The notes under the pieces were generated by a model. That model ran no database searches, was not told the DNA's origin, and saw nothing but the letters and a program-made list of their open reading frames with translations. A stretch of DNA of 59,853 nucleotides, the filler included. It is 6 parts of 6 records of this genome, joined end to end, with 100 filler letters (N's around TTAATTAATTAA, not from the genome) between each part and the next. Parts side by side here need not be neighbours in the genome. Positions count along the whole stretch, not along the records: positions 42,905 to 48,127 come from SRR2962707_2133; positions 48,228 to 54,048 come from SRR2962707_2138; positions 54,149 to 59,853 come from SRR2962707_2147; 3 more parts are not named here. The stretch is one strand, 5' to 3'. Positions 46,460-57,700 of the stretch are shown in pieces. A program made the position numbers and the translations under genes. The first letter of the stretch is position 1. Each line of letters opens with the position of its first letter.

Positions 46460-46606
46460 GCTACCGTCGTCCTCATCTGTTGCGCGGGTGCAATCTGGAT
46501 CGCCGCACACCCAATTTTGCCTTGTTGCTGTGGCGGGATTGTGACGCAATGCCGGTGTGTTCAATAGGTCTAGTCGAATTGGCATATGGAAACGAAACAC
46601 TTCGTT

Positions 46607-47989
46607 TCAAGCTTGTGTGATCAACGCCGGCAGGGTCAGGCGTGCCGAAAGTCCGCCGCTGACCGCCCTCGCCAACGTCAGTGTGCCTTTGTACTCCGAG
46701 GCTATTTCACCAACGATCGAAAGCCCCAGCCCGGTGCCGGGCTTGGTTTCGTCAAGCCGCCGTCCACGCTTCACCGCCTCGGCCATTCCGGCCTCGTCCA
46801 GACCAGGACCATCATCATCAATGTCGATGCGAAACATCGGTCGCTGGCCGTCCGCATCGGGTGCAGCCCGCAGCCTGATGACCACTTTTTTCCGGGCGAA
46901 CTTGGCGGCATTTTCCACCAGATTGCCAAGCGCCTCTTCAAGGTCCTGGCTTTCCATGGCAAGCATTGCATCGCGCGGCTCGATGTCGGTCGAGAACTCC
47001 AGATCCCGGTTCAGCTTGGCCATCACCCGCACCAGCCGTTCGATGACAGGTGCGGCTTCCGTGCGGGCCAGCACACTGCCGCGTTGCGCCGCGATGCGCG
47101 CCCGGTCGAGATAGGTCTGAACCTGGGCCTGCATGGTCTCTGCCTGGGCGCGCACCAGCGTCTGGTGGGCCGGCGTCATGTCGCGCGATTCATTGATCAG
47201 AACCGCAATCGGGGTTTTGAGCGAATGCGCGAGGTTGCCGACCTGCATGCGCGCCCGGTCGATCACGCGGTGATTGGCCTCAATCAACGCATTGATCTCG
47301 CCTACCAGCGGCGCAATCTCGCGGGGAAATGACCCGTCCAGCCGCTGCGCCTCGCCCGCGCGAATTCGGCCAAGCGCCTGCCGTGCATGGTCGAGTGGCC
47401 GCAGGCCATAGAGAATTGCGACCGCATTGACCATCAGGCTGCCAATACCGAACAGCGCCAGCACGAGATAGAGATTGGTCGAGAAAGCCGCGATTTCGGC
47501 CTCCAGCACATCGCGATTGCCCATCACCCGGAACCGCGCCGCATGTCCCTGATTGTCCAGTTCAACTTCGGTCTCGACGACCTGAAGCTGATTGCCATCA
47601 CCATCATGGGCAGGATAGCTGCGCAAATAGCGATCATTGAACGGAAGCTCCTCGACCGAAGGCGAGGCAAGTGCTGAATCATCGATGGAAATGGAAGCCA
47701 GACGCGGGCCATCGAGCCCACCCAGCGGTTCGACCAGCCAGATCCAGCCGCTGCCCGGTTGATCAAACACTAGGTCGCCCAGTTGCGGGTTCCCGGACAG
47801 CCGGCCATCGTCATCGATCGACACCGCGTTGATCACACTGTTGAGATGGGCACGAAGTAGATCGCCAAAAGCGCGCTCGCTTCCGGCGCGATAGAGTTGC
47901 GAAATCACGATTGCAATCGCAACCAGGGCAATCACCGCCCAGGCGGATGCAAACACCAATACCCGGGCGGTTAGAGACCCGCGTTTCAT
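46607..47989 (-). CDS. feuQ: Sensor histidine kinase, FeuQ-like
   Basis: GNLAHSLKTP, NLVENAAKF, DDDGPG, GTGLGL; upstream of cycHJK as in rhizobia. Confidence 0.8.
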   Translation of the reverse strand: MKRGSLTARVLVFASAWAVIALVAIAIVISQLYRAGSERAFGDLLRAHLNSVINAVSIDDDGRLSGNPQLGDLVFDQPGSGWIWLVEPLGGLDGPRLASISIDDSALASPSVEELPFNDRYLRSYPAHDGDGNQLQVVETEVELDNQGHAARFRVMGNRDVLEAEIAAFSTNLYLVLALFGIGSLMVNAVAILYGLRPLDHARQALGRIRAGEAQRLDGSFPREIAPLVGEINALIEANHRVIDRARMQVGNLAHSLKTPIAVLINESRDMTPAHQTLVRAQAETMQAQVQTYLDRARIAAQRGSVLARTEAAPVIERLVRVMAKLNRDLEFSTDIEPRDAMLAMESQDLEEALGNLVENAAKFARKKVVIRLRAAPDADGQRPMFRIDIDDDGPGLDEAGMAEAVKRGRRLDETKPGTGLGLSIVGEIASEYKGTLTLARAVSGGLSARLTLPALITQA

Positions 47990-48127
47990 CCGGACTTGCC
48001 AGTGCTTTCGCCTTCCGGCGCAACCATTCGGTAACCCAGGCCACGCACGGTTTCGATCAGATCGACACCTATCTTCTTGCGCAAGCGACCGACAAAGACC
48101 TCGATCGTATTGGAATCGCGGTCGAAA
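47986..48127 (-). CDS. feuP: OmpR-family response regulator, FeuP-like, C-terminal fragment
   Basis: FDRDSNTIEVFVGRLRKKIGVDLIETVRGLGY; stop overlaps the feuQ ATG. Confidence 0.8.
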
Positions 48128-48227
48128 NNNNNNNNNNNNNNNNNNNNNNNNNNNNNNNNNNNNNNNNNNNNTTAATTAATTAANNNNNNNNNNNNNNNNN
48201 NNNNNNNNNNNNNNNNNNNNNNNNNNN
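48128..48227. other. Artificial contig spacer
   Basis: N-run with TTAATTAATTAA. Confidence 0.99.
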
Positions 48228-48277
48228 CACAAGCACAAGCACAAACACAAACACAAGTACAAGCACAACTACAAGCA
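48228..48277. repeat. Imperfect (CACAAR)n hexamer microsatellite
   Basis: Read directly at contig start. Confidence 0.85.
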
Positions 48278-49881
48278 CCCCTGAAGTCATCAGTAAGTTA
48301 GTTGGTGAGGCAACGTTGCACACCCCGTTCCGCACTCCACAAACCAGTAGAATGTCGCTAAACAACACAATATTCAGCTAGATATCTACTCATGCTGCCG
48401 TATTTCAACGCATCACTTTAAAAGCGAAAAGTACAACGCACCCCTTTTATGATGTGTACGGATCAACGGAGTTCATTATCACTCTGTGTGAAAACCGGAT
48501 ACTAGTTGTAACGACTGCACATTGCGCTCACAGCACGCGTATTTTTACTGCTCTACTTGTTTTGAGTGAGAATGCATACAGCTCAAGGTAGCGGAACGGT
48601 CAATTAACCATGTCGACGCTATTGTTATGGTATTTTAAAGCTCAGTTCCTCAGTGCTGGGAGTACTGGAAATACGTTAAAGTATTGTTATTTGCAAGAAG
48701 CCATTATGACGAAGTTCGTTGTTTTAACGAGTGATCTTCGAGTTGTGACGAGGACATACATTTTTGATGACGCAATATGACGTCATCGGGCGGCAACAAA
48801 CCACACCACAAACCACAAACCTCGACGACTCTCCATCTGATCAGGGATGTAGATAGATAGTAGATAGTAGATAGTAAATTTATCCCTGTATGTTTTGAGC
48901 CGTCGAGCGACTGAGAACTCCGTGGATGATGGTTCAATGGCAGACACGTGAGACCAAAGCTGCGAATGGTCATGCGGGTGCAAGCAAGTAAGTCATAAAA
49001 GGCTTCGACTCGTCAAAGTCTAAACACTCCCCGAGTTGCAAAAGAGCCGGTAACAAAGCGGCGACTTGACCGTGAGCTGTCGGTCGCTAGTGAGCACTCG
49101 TTAAACTGCAGTATCAGAATTGTGTTACCAGGTAAAGTACAGTTCTTTATCGTTGTTGTTCCGCCGAGAGAGCCATGGTACACTCACTCACACTCCCTCA
49201 CCAACGGATTGCGATCCCGCCGCACCCCTTCGCTTGAAAAGCGGGTGCGTTCAACAGCCAAGTAGACTCTGTCACTGTGTTAAAAGCCTCCGAGCAGGGT
49301 GCACTGCTTCTCTGCGCTTGTGAGAGCATGGAAAGGAACATCCATTTCGCGGGGTGTCGAAAGGGCGTTGTTGCGTGCTGTCGGTTATTGTGTTTGGTCG
49401 CCTCTTGTTACGCCCTTGAAGGAAATTATGACCGCTGGCTGCAGGGTCTCGCAAGTCGGAGTGGGTTGAAGTTGTTGTTCGCTCGTGCGCGTGAAAGTGC
49501 GTAGTAGTGTGTTGATGTCCAGTGCGTGCGTCGACTATTGACTCGTGCTTGCTCTCCTTGCTGTTGTTGGTCGGCTGACTGGTGAGGCAGCAGAAGCTGT
49601 CGTGGCGTACATGGGAGCTCGAATACTACGAACGACGAACGCTAAGCGGAACGGTGGGGTGAGCATGCGAGAAACACAGATGAATGCCGGGGCAGCAGCC
49701 TAAGTGCACACAAACCAGGAAAAAATAGGGAAAAAACGTGAGTGAAGTGAAGTGGACCGCGTCTACTGTCTAGACGTCAAGTCATCGAGTCGGGGACGGT
49801 AATCGTCCGAGACGCAGTGCAGGGCGTTGACACCGGGCGTCTTGCGCGCGTGCATTCACGAACGCTGGACAGTGGTTAAAC

Positions 49882-51393
49882 ATGGTGGCTTCTTTTCTGA
49901 CCCGCTCAGCAGGCGTGCTGGTGATGTGTGTCGCTTTGCTTTCGAGCGCCGGTATGGTTGCTGCGCAGGACTGCGACTGTGGGGATGTGCTCGACAAGAT
50001 TGCCGAGGTCAACGCCACCATCATCAACAACGGAGACTCGCTTCAGGCGGTCGACGAGGAGCTGCGCGCGAAAGTGTGGAAGGTCAACTACAACGACGCC
50101 ATCCTGAAGGAGCTGCGCGAGTTGCTCCTCGATCTGACAGGGAACGTCACAATGACCACCGGCTCACTCGCTTCCACGGAAACATTGGCGGGCGCAGTTG
50201 TGACAGCGGACTCGACGGGCACCGCGACGACGACGGACACCACTACAACAACAACAACCTCCACGACACTGGATACAACTGTGACCACCTCAACAACAAC
50301 GATGATTACGCTGCGACCCACCACACCCGGAACCACGATGAACACGACAACGTCACCCTCAACAGTGGGCCCGACCGACTCGCCGTCGACAACGTCTGAT
50401 ACGATAGGGACAACGACCACCCTTGAAGTCACAACCAGCGGCACCACGACCACCGGTACAACGACGTCCACAACCACAGGAACCACCACCAAAACGACCC
50501 CAGGAACGACTCCGGAACCCACTACGGACAGTACGACATGGGGGCGCATCACGCGGCGCAAGACGACGACGACAACTCGGACCACCACCACCACCACGCG
50601 GACCACAACGACAACCACGACGACCACGACGACCACAACAACGACAACTACCAAGTGGTCCCTGGCGGTGGCCGAGTATTCGGTCTGCGGCGATTATGGG
50701 TCCAACACGATCAGCGGGTCCAGTGGTAGTTCAAACATCCCCGCCGGCAAAGACAACCGCATCCACGATGGCGAGTGCGCAACTGTTGCCGGCGGCAAAA
50801 CGAACGCACTGAGCGGAGATCTGGCAGCCGTGGGCGGAGGCGAGACCAACACGGCCAACGGCAAGCACGCGGTTATCAGCGGAGGCTCGAATCTGCTCGC
50901 CAAGGGAATGTACATCGCACAGGCGGGAGGGCAGTCCAACAAGATCTGGAGCAACTACGGCGCCGGCGCTGGGGGCTTCAAGAACCAGGTGTCGGGGCGT
51001 TTCAGTGTGTTTGCCGGAAGCGGCAACAACAAAGTAGCGGGGCATCATAGCTTCGCCACGGGCTCTGCTACGACAGTCGTGGGCGACTATTCAGCCGGAT
51101 TCGGGTTCGGGGAGTCCAGCTGCTTTGTACCGTACACCAATGCAATTCGTTTATGCGGGACCGGCCTGTACCTAAATGGAGAAGAGTTGGACGTCACTGC
51201 TTTCTCACGCCGCGCGCGCCAACTCCTGGATGACCCATCTGCTGGGGGAGTCATGGGAGCAGCAGAGAGCAAGGTCGGTGCCAGTGAGGTGGAGGGTCTA
51301 ATCAACCAGCTCGAGAGAAAGTATTACCAACAGCGTCAACGGCTCCAAGAGTTGCTCGATCGAAAAGGGTTGAGTGTTGAGCAGTTGTCGTGA
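49882..51393 (+). CDS. Secreted protist protein: coiled coil, Thr-rich mucin stalk, 15-aa GGxxN beta-roll repeats, C-terminal coiled coil
   Basis: Signal peptide ending MVAA-Q; poly-Thr; repeats ATVAGGKTN/AAVGGGETN/AVISGGSN/AQAGGQSN/GAGGFKN. Confidence 0.8.
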   Translation: MVASFLTRSAGVLVMCVALLSSAGMVAAQDCDCGDVLDKIAEVNATIINNGDSLQAVDEELRAKVWKVNYNDAILKELRELLLDLTGNVTMTTGSLASTETLAGAVVTADSTGTATTTDTTTTTTTSTTLDTTVTTSTTTMITLRPTTPGTTMNTTTSPSTVGPTDSPSTTSDTIGTTTTLEVTTSGTTTTGTTTSTTTGTTTKTTPGTTPEPTTDSTTWGRITRRKTTTTTRTTTTTTRTTTTTTTTTTTTTTTTTKWSLAVAEYSVCGDYGSNTISGSSGSSNIPAGKDNRIHDGECATVAGGKTNALSGDLAAVGGGETNTANGKHAVISGGSNLLAKGMYIAQAGGQSNKIWSNYGAGAGGFKNQVSGRFSVFAGSGNNKVAGHHSFATGSATTVVGDYSAGFGFGESSCFVPYTNAIRLCGTGLYLNGEELDVTAFSRRARQLLDDPSAGGVMGAAESKVGASEVEGLINQLERKYYQQRQRLQELLDRKGLSVEQLS

Positions 51394-51552
51394 TGCAACG
51401 GTGGCAAGGAGCAAGGGTCAAAGCAGAGGGAAAGACACCCTCAATACAAAACGAGGCTGATAGTTTGACGGTTTGACGTAAAATTACACGCGAGCTTTTA
51501 TTTGAGAACAGTCCTTACATTTGCGGGTTGGCGCTTCCAAAGAGAGTCACTG

Positions 51553-53630
51553 TCACAAAGACGCCAAAGTTCGAACAGATCGCGATATCTTCCCAACGTC
51601 TGGTTCCGCGGCTGGGCCAATTCTGTCCCTACGCGGCTGAAACGAGTACGCAACCATGGGCAGCGACCCGAGGTATTCTTTGAAAAGGCAGCGAGCCGTG
51701 GATGACGCACCCCCCCCAGCACCGTATGCGAAAAACCACGGCAAAAAATGCTCGCCAGGACTTCCATTCTTTGGGTGTGCAATGTCGGCGAAAGGCGCAA
51801 GCGCTCTCCATTCAACCAAAGTGGCTTCGGTACGCTGTTGCTCCTCCTGTGACTGCATTGGCGGAGGCGATACCTGGCGCAAAAGGGTTGTCGTGGTTGC
51901 TGCGGTCGTTGCGGACACTGTCTCAGTTGCAACGCGTGCCGTGCTTTCAACCCAGTCCTCAAAACCGTGGCACCAAGGCTGGGGAACGGAGCTGCGAGGG
52001 CCCATCTGCGGGACATTGTGGACAACTTCGCCACTGCCGACAATCAAGATTCCCTCGTCCAGCAACGGCCGTAAGGCTCGTCCAGCCGCCATGTGCAGCG
52101 CGGGGTCGATGTCTGTCAGCACGCTAACTGACGTCACTGGGACGTCTGCACTTGGGAACATGACGTGCAACGGGGTCCACACCCCGTGATCAAGGCCTTG
52201 GTCTGGGTCCTCCTCACACTCCAAGCCAGCCGCTCGCAGAAGCGCGGCCACTCGGCGAGCCACATCAGGTGCACCCGGACAAGGGTAAGTCAGCTGCTCC
52301 AACTTTTCACGAGCCACGGGATTCGTGTCGGAGTCAAAATCGTATAGCGTTTGCGGCCTCTTTGCCGTGCTCACGGAGAAAGCAGGCGCAATCGAGCGAA
52401 AGTGCGGGGACATAAAGACAATTGCCCGAGGGCGAACAGGGAGCGCCGCAGCGGCCTTTTGCAACCACGACTCGCACGCACAGCGTTCTATTGGAAGAGG
52501 TGGCGAGCCGTGCGGCAGGAACAAGCTTGGCAGTGTCGGCAACTCCACTGACGCTGAAGCAGGCCGAACTGTTGCATGGGCGGTGCAATGTGCCACTGCA
52601 GGTCTTCCAGGGCCATTGTGGGGAGTTTCAGAAGATTGAACGGGGCTCTGACTTGGCTTGCCCGGGTACACTTGAGCCAGCGTAGCTCGGTCATAAGTTT
52701 CACCCATTGTCTGAATAACATGCGCATTCGTGCGCCGTGGGCCTTGCGGGCCAAAGTATTGCCCTTTCTGTGGAGGCCTGAAAAAATGAACGTCGAGCGC
52801 ATCTGGCGGACCGATGAACGCACACCGCACGCCGTGGTCGGTAAACTCCTGACACAATTATGACGGAGCAAGCAGTTGCCAACATTGGCGAACGCGTCAC
52901 ACATGGGTAAACACTCGACGGCCTCACACAAACGAAAGAATGTCTGCCCTCTGGGCCAACGGACAAAAATGAAGAAAAAAAAACACTCTCCAGAGAGCAA
53001 GCGGACCTGATCTGTGTCACAATGCACCATGCACCGAAGACGCGGGTCGAGTCCAGAACGTTCCAAGAGCATGTGACGAACCCCGAGGCCGAGCGCAGAT
53101 GGGTTGTCCACCCACAATTCCCACGACCAACCAACGTGTGGTCCATTTCGCTCATGCCACACGTGGCTATGGCACGCTCGCTCTCCACCCTCTTCAATGG
53201 CAGTAATTGTGGAGCCCAAAAGGCGTTGAGCTGCAGCCTCTGTCGCCTCGTCAAAGTGGCAGTGAAGGTGGAAGAGGTCAATGCACTGGCTTGGGATCGC
53301 CTGCCCTGTTGTCACGACTTGAACACCGTCGAGGTCTGCCTCAACGGACGGCGAAGGAGCAACGAAAGCAACGGCATCCGTGTTGACTGCACCACTGGCC
53401 GATGCACTTGTCCGAAAGGTCACGGTTGCACCAATAGGCCGGTTGACGAACACCCACGCCAGGGCCTCTCCAAAGCCTGCGGTGCCTGTGCTGATGTGGA
53501 TTGTAGTCCCTGCATTGGATATGATCTTGAATGGGACTCGCACCTCCTTCTGCAAGAAGGCCGTCAGCAACGCCGCCACTCTATCGCAATCGCCTCCCGC
53601 CACTTCGATCAAATAGTCTACGCACTCCAT
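51553..53630 (-). CDS. Fusion protein (639 aa): degenerate DodA-like domain + Amanita-type DOPA 4,5-dioxygenase domain + LigB/DODA extradiol dioxygenase
   Basis: Exons 53630-53007 and 52848-51553; phase-0 GT-AG intron 53006-52849; FHLHCHF..NGPH..MVHCDTDQ|EFTDH..AFIG..LD; then HGSP, SPHF, YDF, GLDHGVW, GSGEVVHN, AHP..EHFLP. Confidence 0.8.
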
Positions 53631-53881
53631 AGGTGAGTGGATAGATGGATGGATGGGCTTAGGAGCGATAGGCCACCGCCCAACGATATATTAAGCGACC
53701 CACACTTGCAACCAACTTCAACAAGCTTAGGGACGATTGGAAGTGGGACACAGTCGAGACTCCGCAAATATCAAACAATTAAAACACAAAGGAACAATTC
53801 ACTTCCTTCAGTCATATGGCACGTCAAGCCAGTGTGCCTGCGTGTTGCGTGCGCCTCGCGAGTTCGTGATGACTGTTTGGC

Positions 53882-54048
53882 GAGTTTGTGAGTTCGTGAG
53901 TGAGCGCGTTTGGTGGTGTGGAGTCTCTTGAGTTCGTGAGTGAGTTCATGACTCCGTGAGTGCGCTGGCGAACGAGTTGGTGAGTTGGAATCTCCTCGTC
54001 TCGTGAGCTCGAGCGTGACTTCGAGAGTGAGTGAGTGAGTGAGTGAGT
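53882..54048. repeat. Degenerate GTGAGT/(GAGT)n simple repeats to contig end
   Basis: Read directly. Confidence 0.8.
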
Positions 54049-54148
54049 NNNNNNNNNNNNNNNNNNNNNNNNNNNNNNNNNNNNNNNNNNNNTTAATTAA
54101 TTAANNNNNNNNNNNNNNNNNNNNNNNNNNNNNNNNNNNNNNNNNNNN
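54049..54148. other. Artificial contig spacer
   Basis: N-run with TTAATTAATTAA. Confidence 0.99.
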
Positions 54149-54172
54149 AGAGAGAGAGAGAGAGAGAGAGAG
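54149..54172. repeat. (AG)n microsatellite at contig start
   Basis: Read directly. Confidence 0.9.
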
Positions 54173-54766
54173 TGAGTGGTGAAGTCTGGGCTGGCTGCAT
54201 GCAGTGCTGGGTGTGCCAGCAGCGTCTGGATGGGGTTCGGTTCTTTTTTTCTTGTCTTTTTTTCCGTCGTTTTTCCGCTTTTCTTGGGCGCTTCTCCTCC
54301 TCCTCCTCCTCCTGCTCCTGCTTCTGCTCGCAGACGCATGCACCATTGCTTCCTCCGGTGGGTGGGAGGCAATTTACGCGGAGGTCCCAGTCAAGAGGTT
54401 CGTTCTCCACACTCACTCGCACAACCACACTTCTTTCCGCCGATCTCGTCGTTATTTGTTGCCGCTGGGTGTTTCTGCTTGCTGTGAGGCTGCGGCGTTC
54501 ATTGGTGAATTAGCGCTCGCTAGTGCGTGCGGGCGAGCGAATACGTCCGATCCGTGTGAATGACTTGGCTTGACATTGAATTGTGTTGTGGTGCCTTCCC
54601 GCTCGCAGATTTGAATTACCGCACGCGAAGTGCGGTTTTGTTGTTGTCAGTGGTTGTTCTTCTTGTTGTGGGTGGTGGTAGTGGTTTCCCCCCGGGCGCG
54701 TTGCCGCGGCACCTGGAGCCGCTTCTAGGAACGTGGTGCTGGCGGTGGGCGGTCGACCGCATCACA

Positions 54767-57700
54767 ATGGGCAGCCCAAGTGTGGCCACGCCAGACCGCT
54801 CAGGAGCGTCATCGTCCACGCAACACCTCACGGCGTTCATGTACCTGCTGTATTTTAGTTTGATGATGGCGGGGAACATTGCCATTGTAGCAGGGCATAA
54901 AGGTGCGTGGGCTGCATGGTTTTCAAGACCGGCTTGCATTCCTGCAATGCTGATGCTCCGTGCGACCAATATGCTTGTGCCGTGCCCCTCGCTTCATGCT
55001 GACCACACGTGTGCGCTGCGCTGCCTGCTCGTGGCTCTTGTTGTGTTCCAACCGCTCTTTGGTGTAGCGAGTGGTGCTACTGGATTGGATGCCCTGCTCG
55101 ACCCAGAAGACGGGGAGGCTGACCCCGCGTCTTCCTCGGGTGAAGGCTCCAACTACCTGACAGACTTTGTGATATTGGGCAGCACCATTGCAGTCACGGC
55201 CCCCTTAATGGGGCTCGTGGCACGATCGCTTGTGTGGCCGCCAATGAAAGCTTTCTACCGAAAGTGGCGACGGCAGCTGTCACAGCAACGACTGCAGAGG
55301 AGAAAAAAACAAAAGCTGGCCATGCTTGCGCATGGCAACCACCAAGATTCTAGCGGAGACCGTGGTAGTGCTTCAGGAGACTCGAGTTCAAGGCCGCGCA
55401 CGGACAGCCGAGATTCAAAGCATGACAGGAAAAAAGACAAACTGGCTCAGGCTCGGCGCCGGGAAGAGCGTGAGGCTGCGCAAGCAAAGGCAGAGGCTGA
55501 CCGCAAGGCCCGGGAGGCACGCAAGCTGTTGCTTCGGCAGCAGAAAGAGCAGCGACGGAAACAGCAGGAACTGCAGCGGCGGGAAGCTGAAGAGGCGGCC
55601 AACCAACAAAGTGCCGAAGATGCTGCAGCACTGGAGCGTGACCGATTGAAACGGATCGAGAAAACGCGACAGAAGCTGGAGCAAGAGGAGGCCGAGCTTC
55701 GCCGAAAGCGAGAGGAACAGAAGCGGCAAGAAGAGGAGGCCCGACTGCGGAAGCAACGTAAGCAGCGAGAGGCGGATGAGCGTGCTGCTGTGGCCGCAGC
55801 AGCTGCAAAAGAAGAGGCCAAAAGCTCGAAAAAGCAGCAAAAAAATTTGTCGCAGCTACCGCAGGAAAGCCAGCAACCAAAGCCGATGAAGAAACAAAAA
55901 AGCAAGCTAGCAAAGCAAGGGGCGCACAGCGCCTCCCGCGATGTCAGAGAAGTCCGAAAGCTGTCGAATGCAGCGCAAGAAAGCGCGAGTACAAACCAGA
56001 GCACCAACAATACCAACCAGAACAATACCAACCATCATGATCGTACTACAAGTAGCAAAACTGCAGGCAGCGGAAGTGGCAGCACTGCAAATGCCCGGGA
56101 CAAAGGCGGAAGTCGTAAACGCTCCTCTACCAACACTAGCAACAATGGCAACGCCCCACGAACAACGGACGTCTCGGGAAGCAAATCCAAGGGCAGCGCT
56201 AAAAAGCCACAAGGGGATGGTAGTCGTGACGCAGTTGGTGCTGCTTCAGTGAAGCACCAGCAATCGCCCGGCACCAGCACCAGCACCAACCGACTGGACT
56301 CGCGCGGTAGCGGAACATCTCATGCACGCAATAGCCGCGTTCAAGAATCGTCATCGTCTGGCACGAGCGGGGCGGTAAGCAAACGGGTGGCACAGTCAAC
56401 TTCTTCGGGTCCTTCGCCGTCAAATGCAAGCAAAGGGTCCACCAGTACCGGCAGCGCCGTCGCAACACAGCAACTGAAAGCGGTGCTGGGGGTATCGTCC
56501 ACGTCCAGTGTCACAGCCAACGACCCGTCATTCGCTGCCCCTGCTGCGCCAGGTCCTCTCAAGCCTCGCGGCGTCGCGAGTGTGGTCGGTTCCGATTCCA
56601 CGCATTTGCCCGGCACGCGAAAGTCCACGTTTTCCTCCGCCACCTCTACCTCGTCCAACAGAAGCAATGTTATTCCTCAGTCAGTCCGTCCGATGTCCTT
56701 CGCTGCAGCTTCCGGCAGCAAAACTAGCCCTTCTAAAAATCGCCGCGAGCTGCCGCTGTCGGCCTCTAGCGCTGCGCAAAAGAACAGCAAGGCCGCCACG
56801 CAGCTCTCGGGCGAGGAGGTACGCATGCTTGAATTGCAGTATGAAGAAATTGACCGCCGACGGTGGGGCGAAGTAGCTGTGAGTACGGTGGTCATGCTCC
56901 CGCTAATGGCCTGGCAGTACATGAACGTCTGGACGACCTCCTCCTTTACCAATGTTCCACACCACCATCACCGTCAACACCATGCACCCCACCACGTTAC
57001 CAATGGACACCACTCTCACCGGATTCGCTCGGCTGGCAAGCACGATACGTCTGGTGCATCCTTATCCGCACATCGGCCATGGAGGCCTGGCGAGCGCCGC
57101 CACGTTTCGGGCATAAAATCTGCTGGCAACCATCCAGGAATGCAAATTTTGGGCTCTAGTGCCGCAGCAAATACGAACGTGCCACAAGATGCACTTGCTG
57201 CTGCGTCCATGATGCACCCGTTTTCTGGGGGAAGTTCTGTCGTCGATTCGCTTTCTGCTTCAGCCGGCGTGGCACCGCCTGGTTCAGTCGGTGTCGCACC
57301 AGGATCGCGCTCGCGTGGCTCCAGTGCCAGCGGTGGCAGTAACTTGCTTAGTGTCGTTGGGGTGCGTCCTTCATCAGCTGATGGCCACTCCGACGCCGGC
57401 ACTTCCACATCATCGTCGCCCGGCTCGGTCGTTGCTTCATCAACAAGCACATCACTTGCTGGCCTCCGTGCCCATCCCGCACATGGAAGTCAGGCCTCGA
57501 ATGACATGTATGGAAGTGGGAACGTTGGCAAAACGCGTCCGCTGCTCGGGGAAATCGGTGAACACCACTCGCATGGCCTACACCAACCCCAGCCGCAAGA
57601 GCCAGGAAGCCCTGACATGGGTCCCAGATCATTCTTGCCTTCTTTCCTGCAAGACGATGCTGCTGGCGATGATGGTGAAGCAGGAGGCATGTTCGGCCCT

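Noticed and set aside
50088-50729. Poly-Val and His/Asp-rich ORFs; possible CRISPR-like array
   Set aside because: Alternative frames of the (ACN)n Thr-rich coding tract; no repeat-spacer structure anywhere in the window
7160-54148. Bacterial and eukaryotic genes side by side, and the recurring TTAATTAATTAA motif
   Set aside because: Identical N-padded linkers are artificial joins; adjacency across them is not evidence of HGT or a biological repeat
54025-54172. Matching (GAGT)n and (AG)n ends suggesting the three eukaryotic contigs are adjacent
   Set aside because: Microsatellites are generic assembly break points and cannot establish order or common origin
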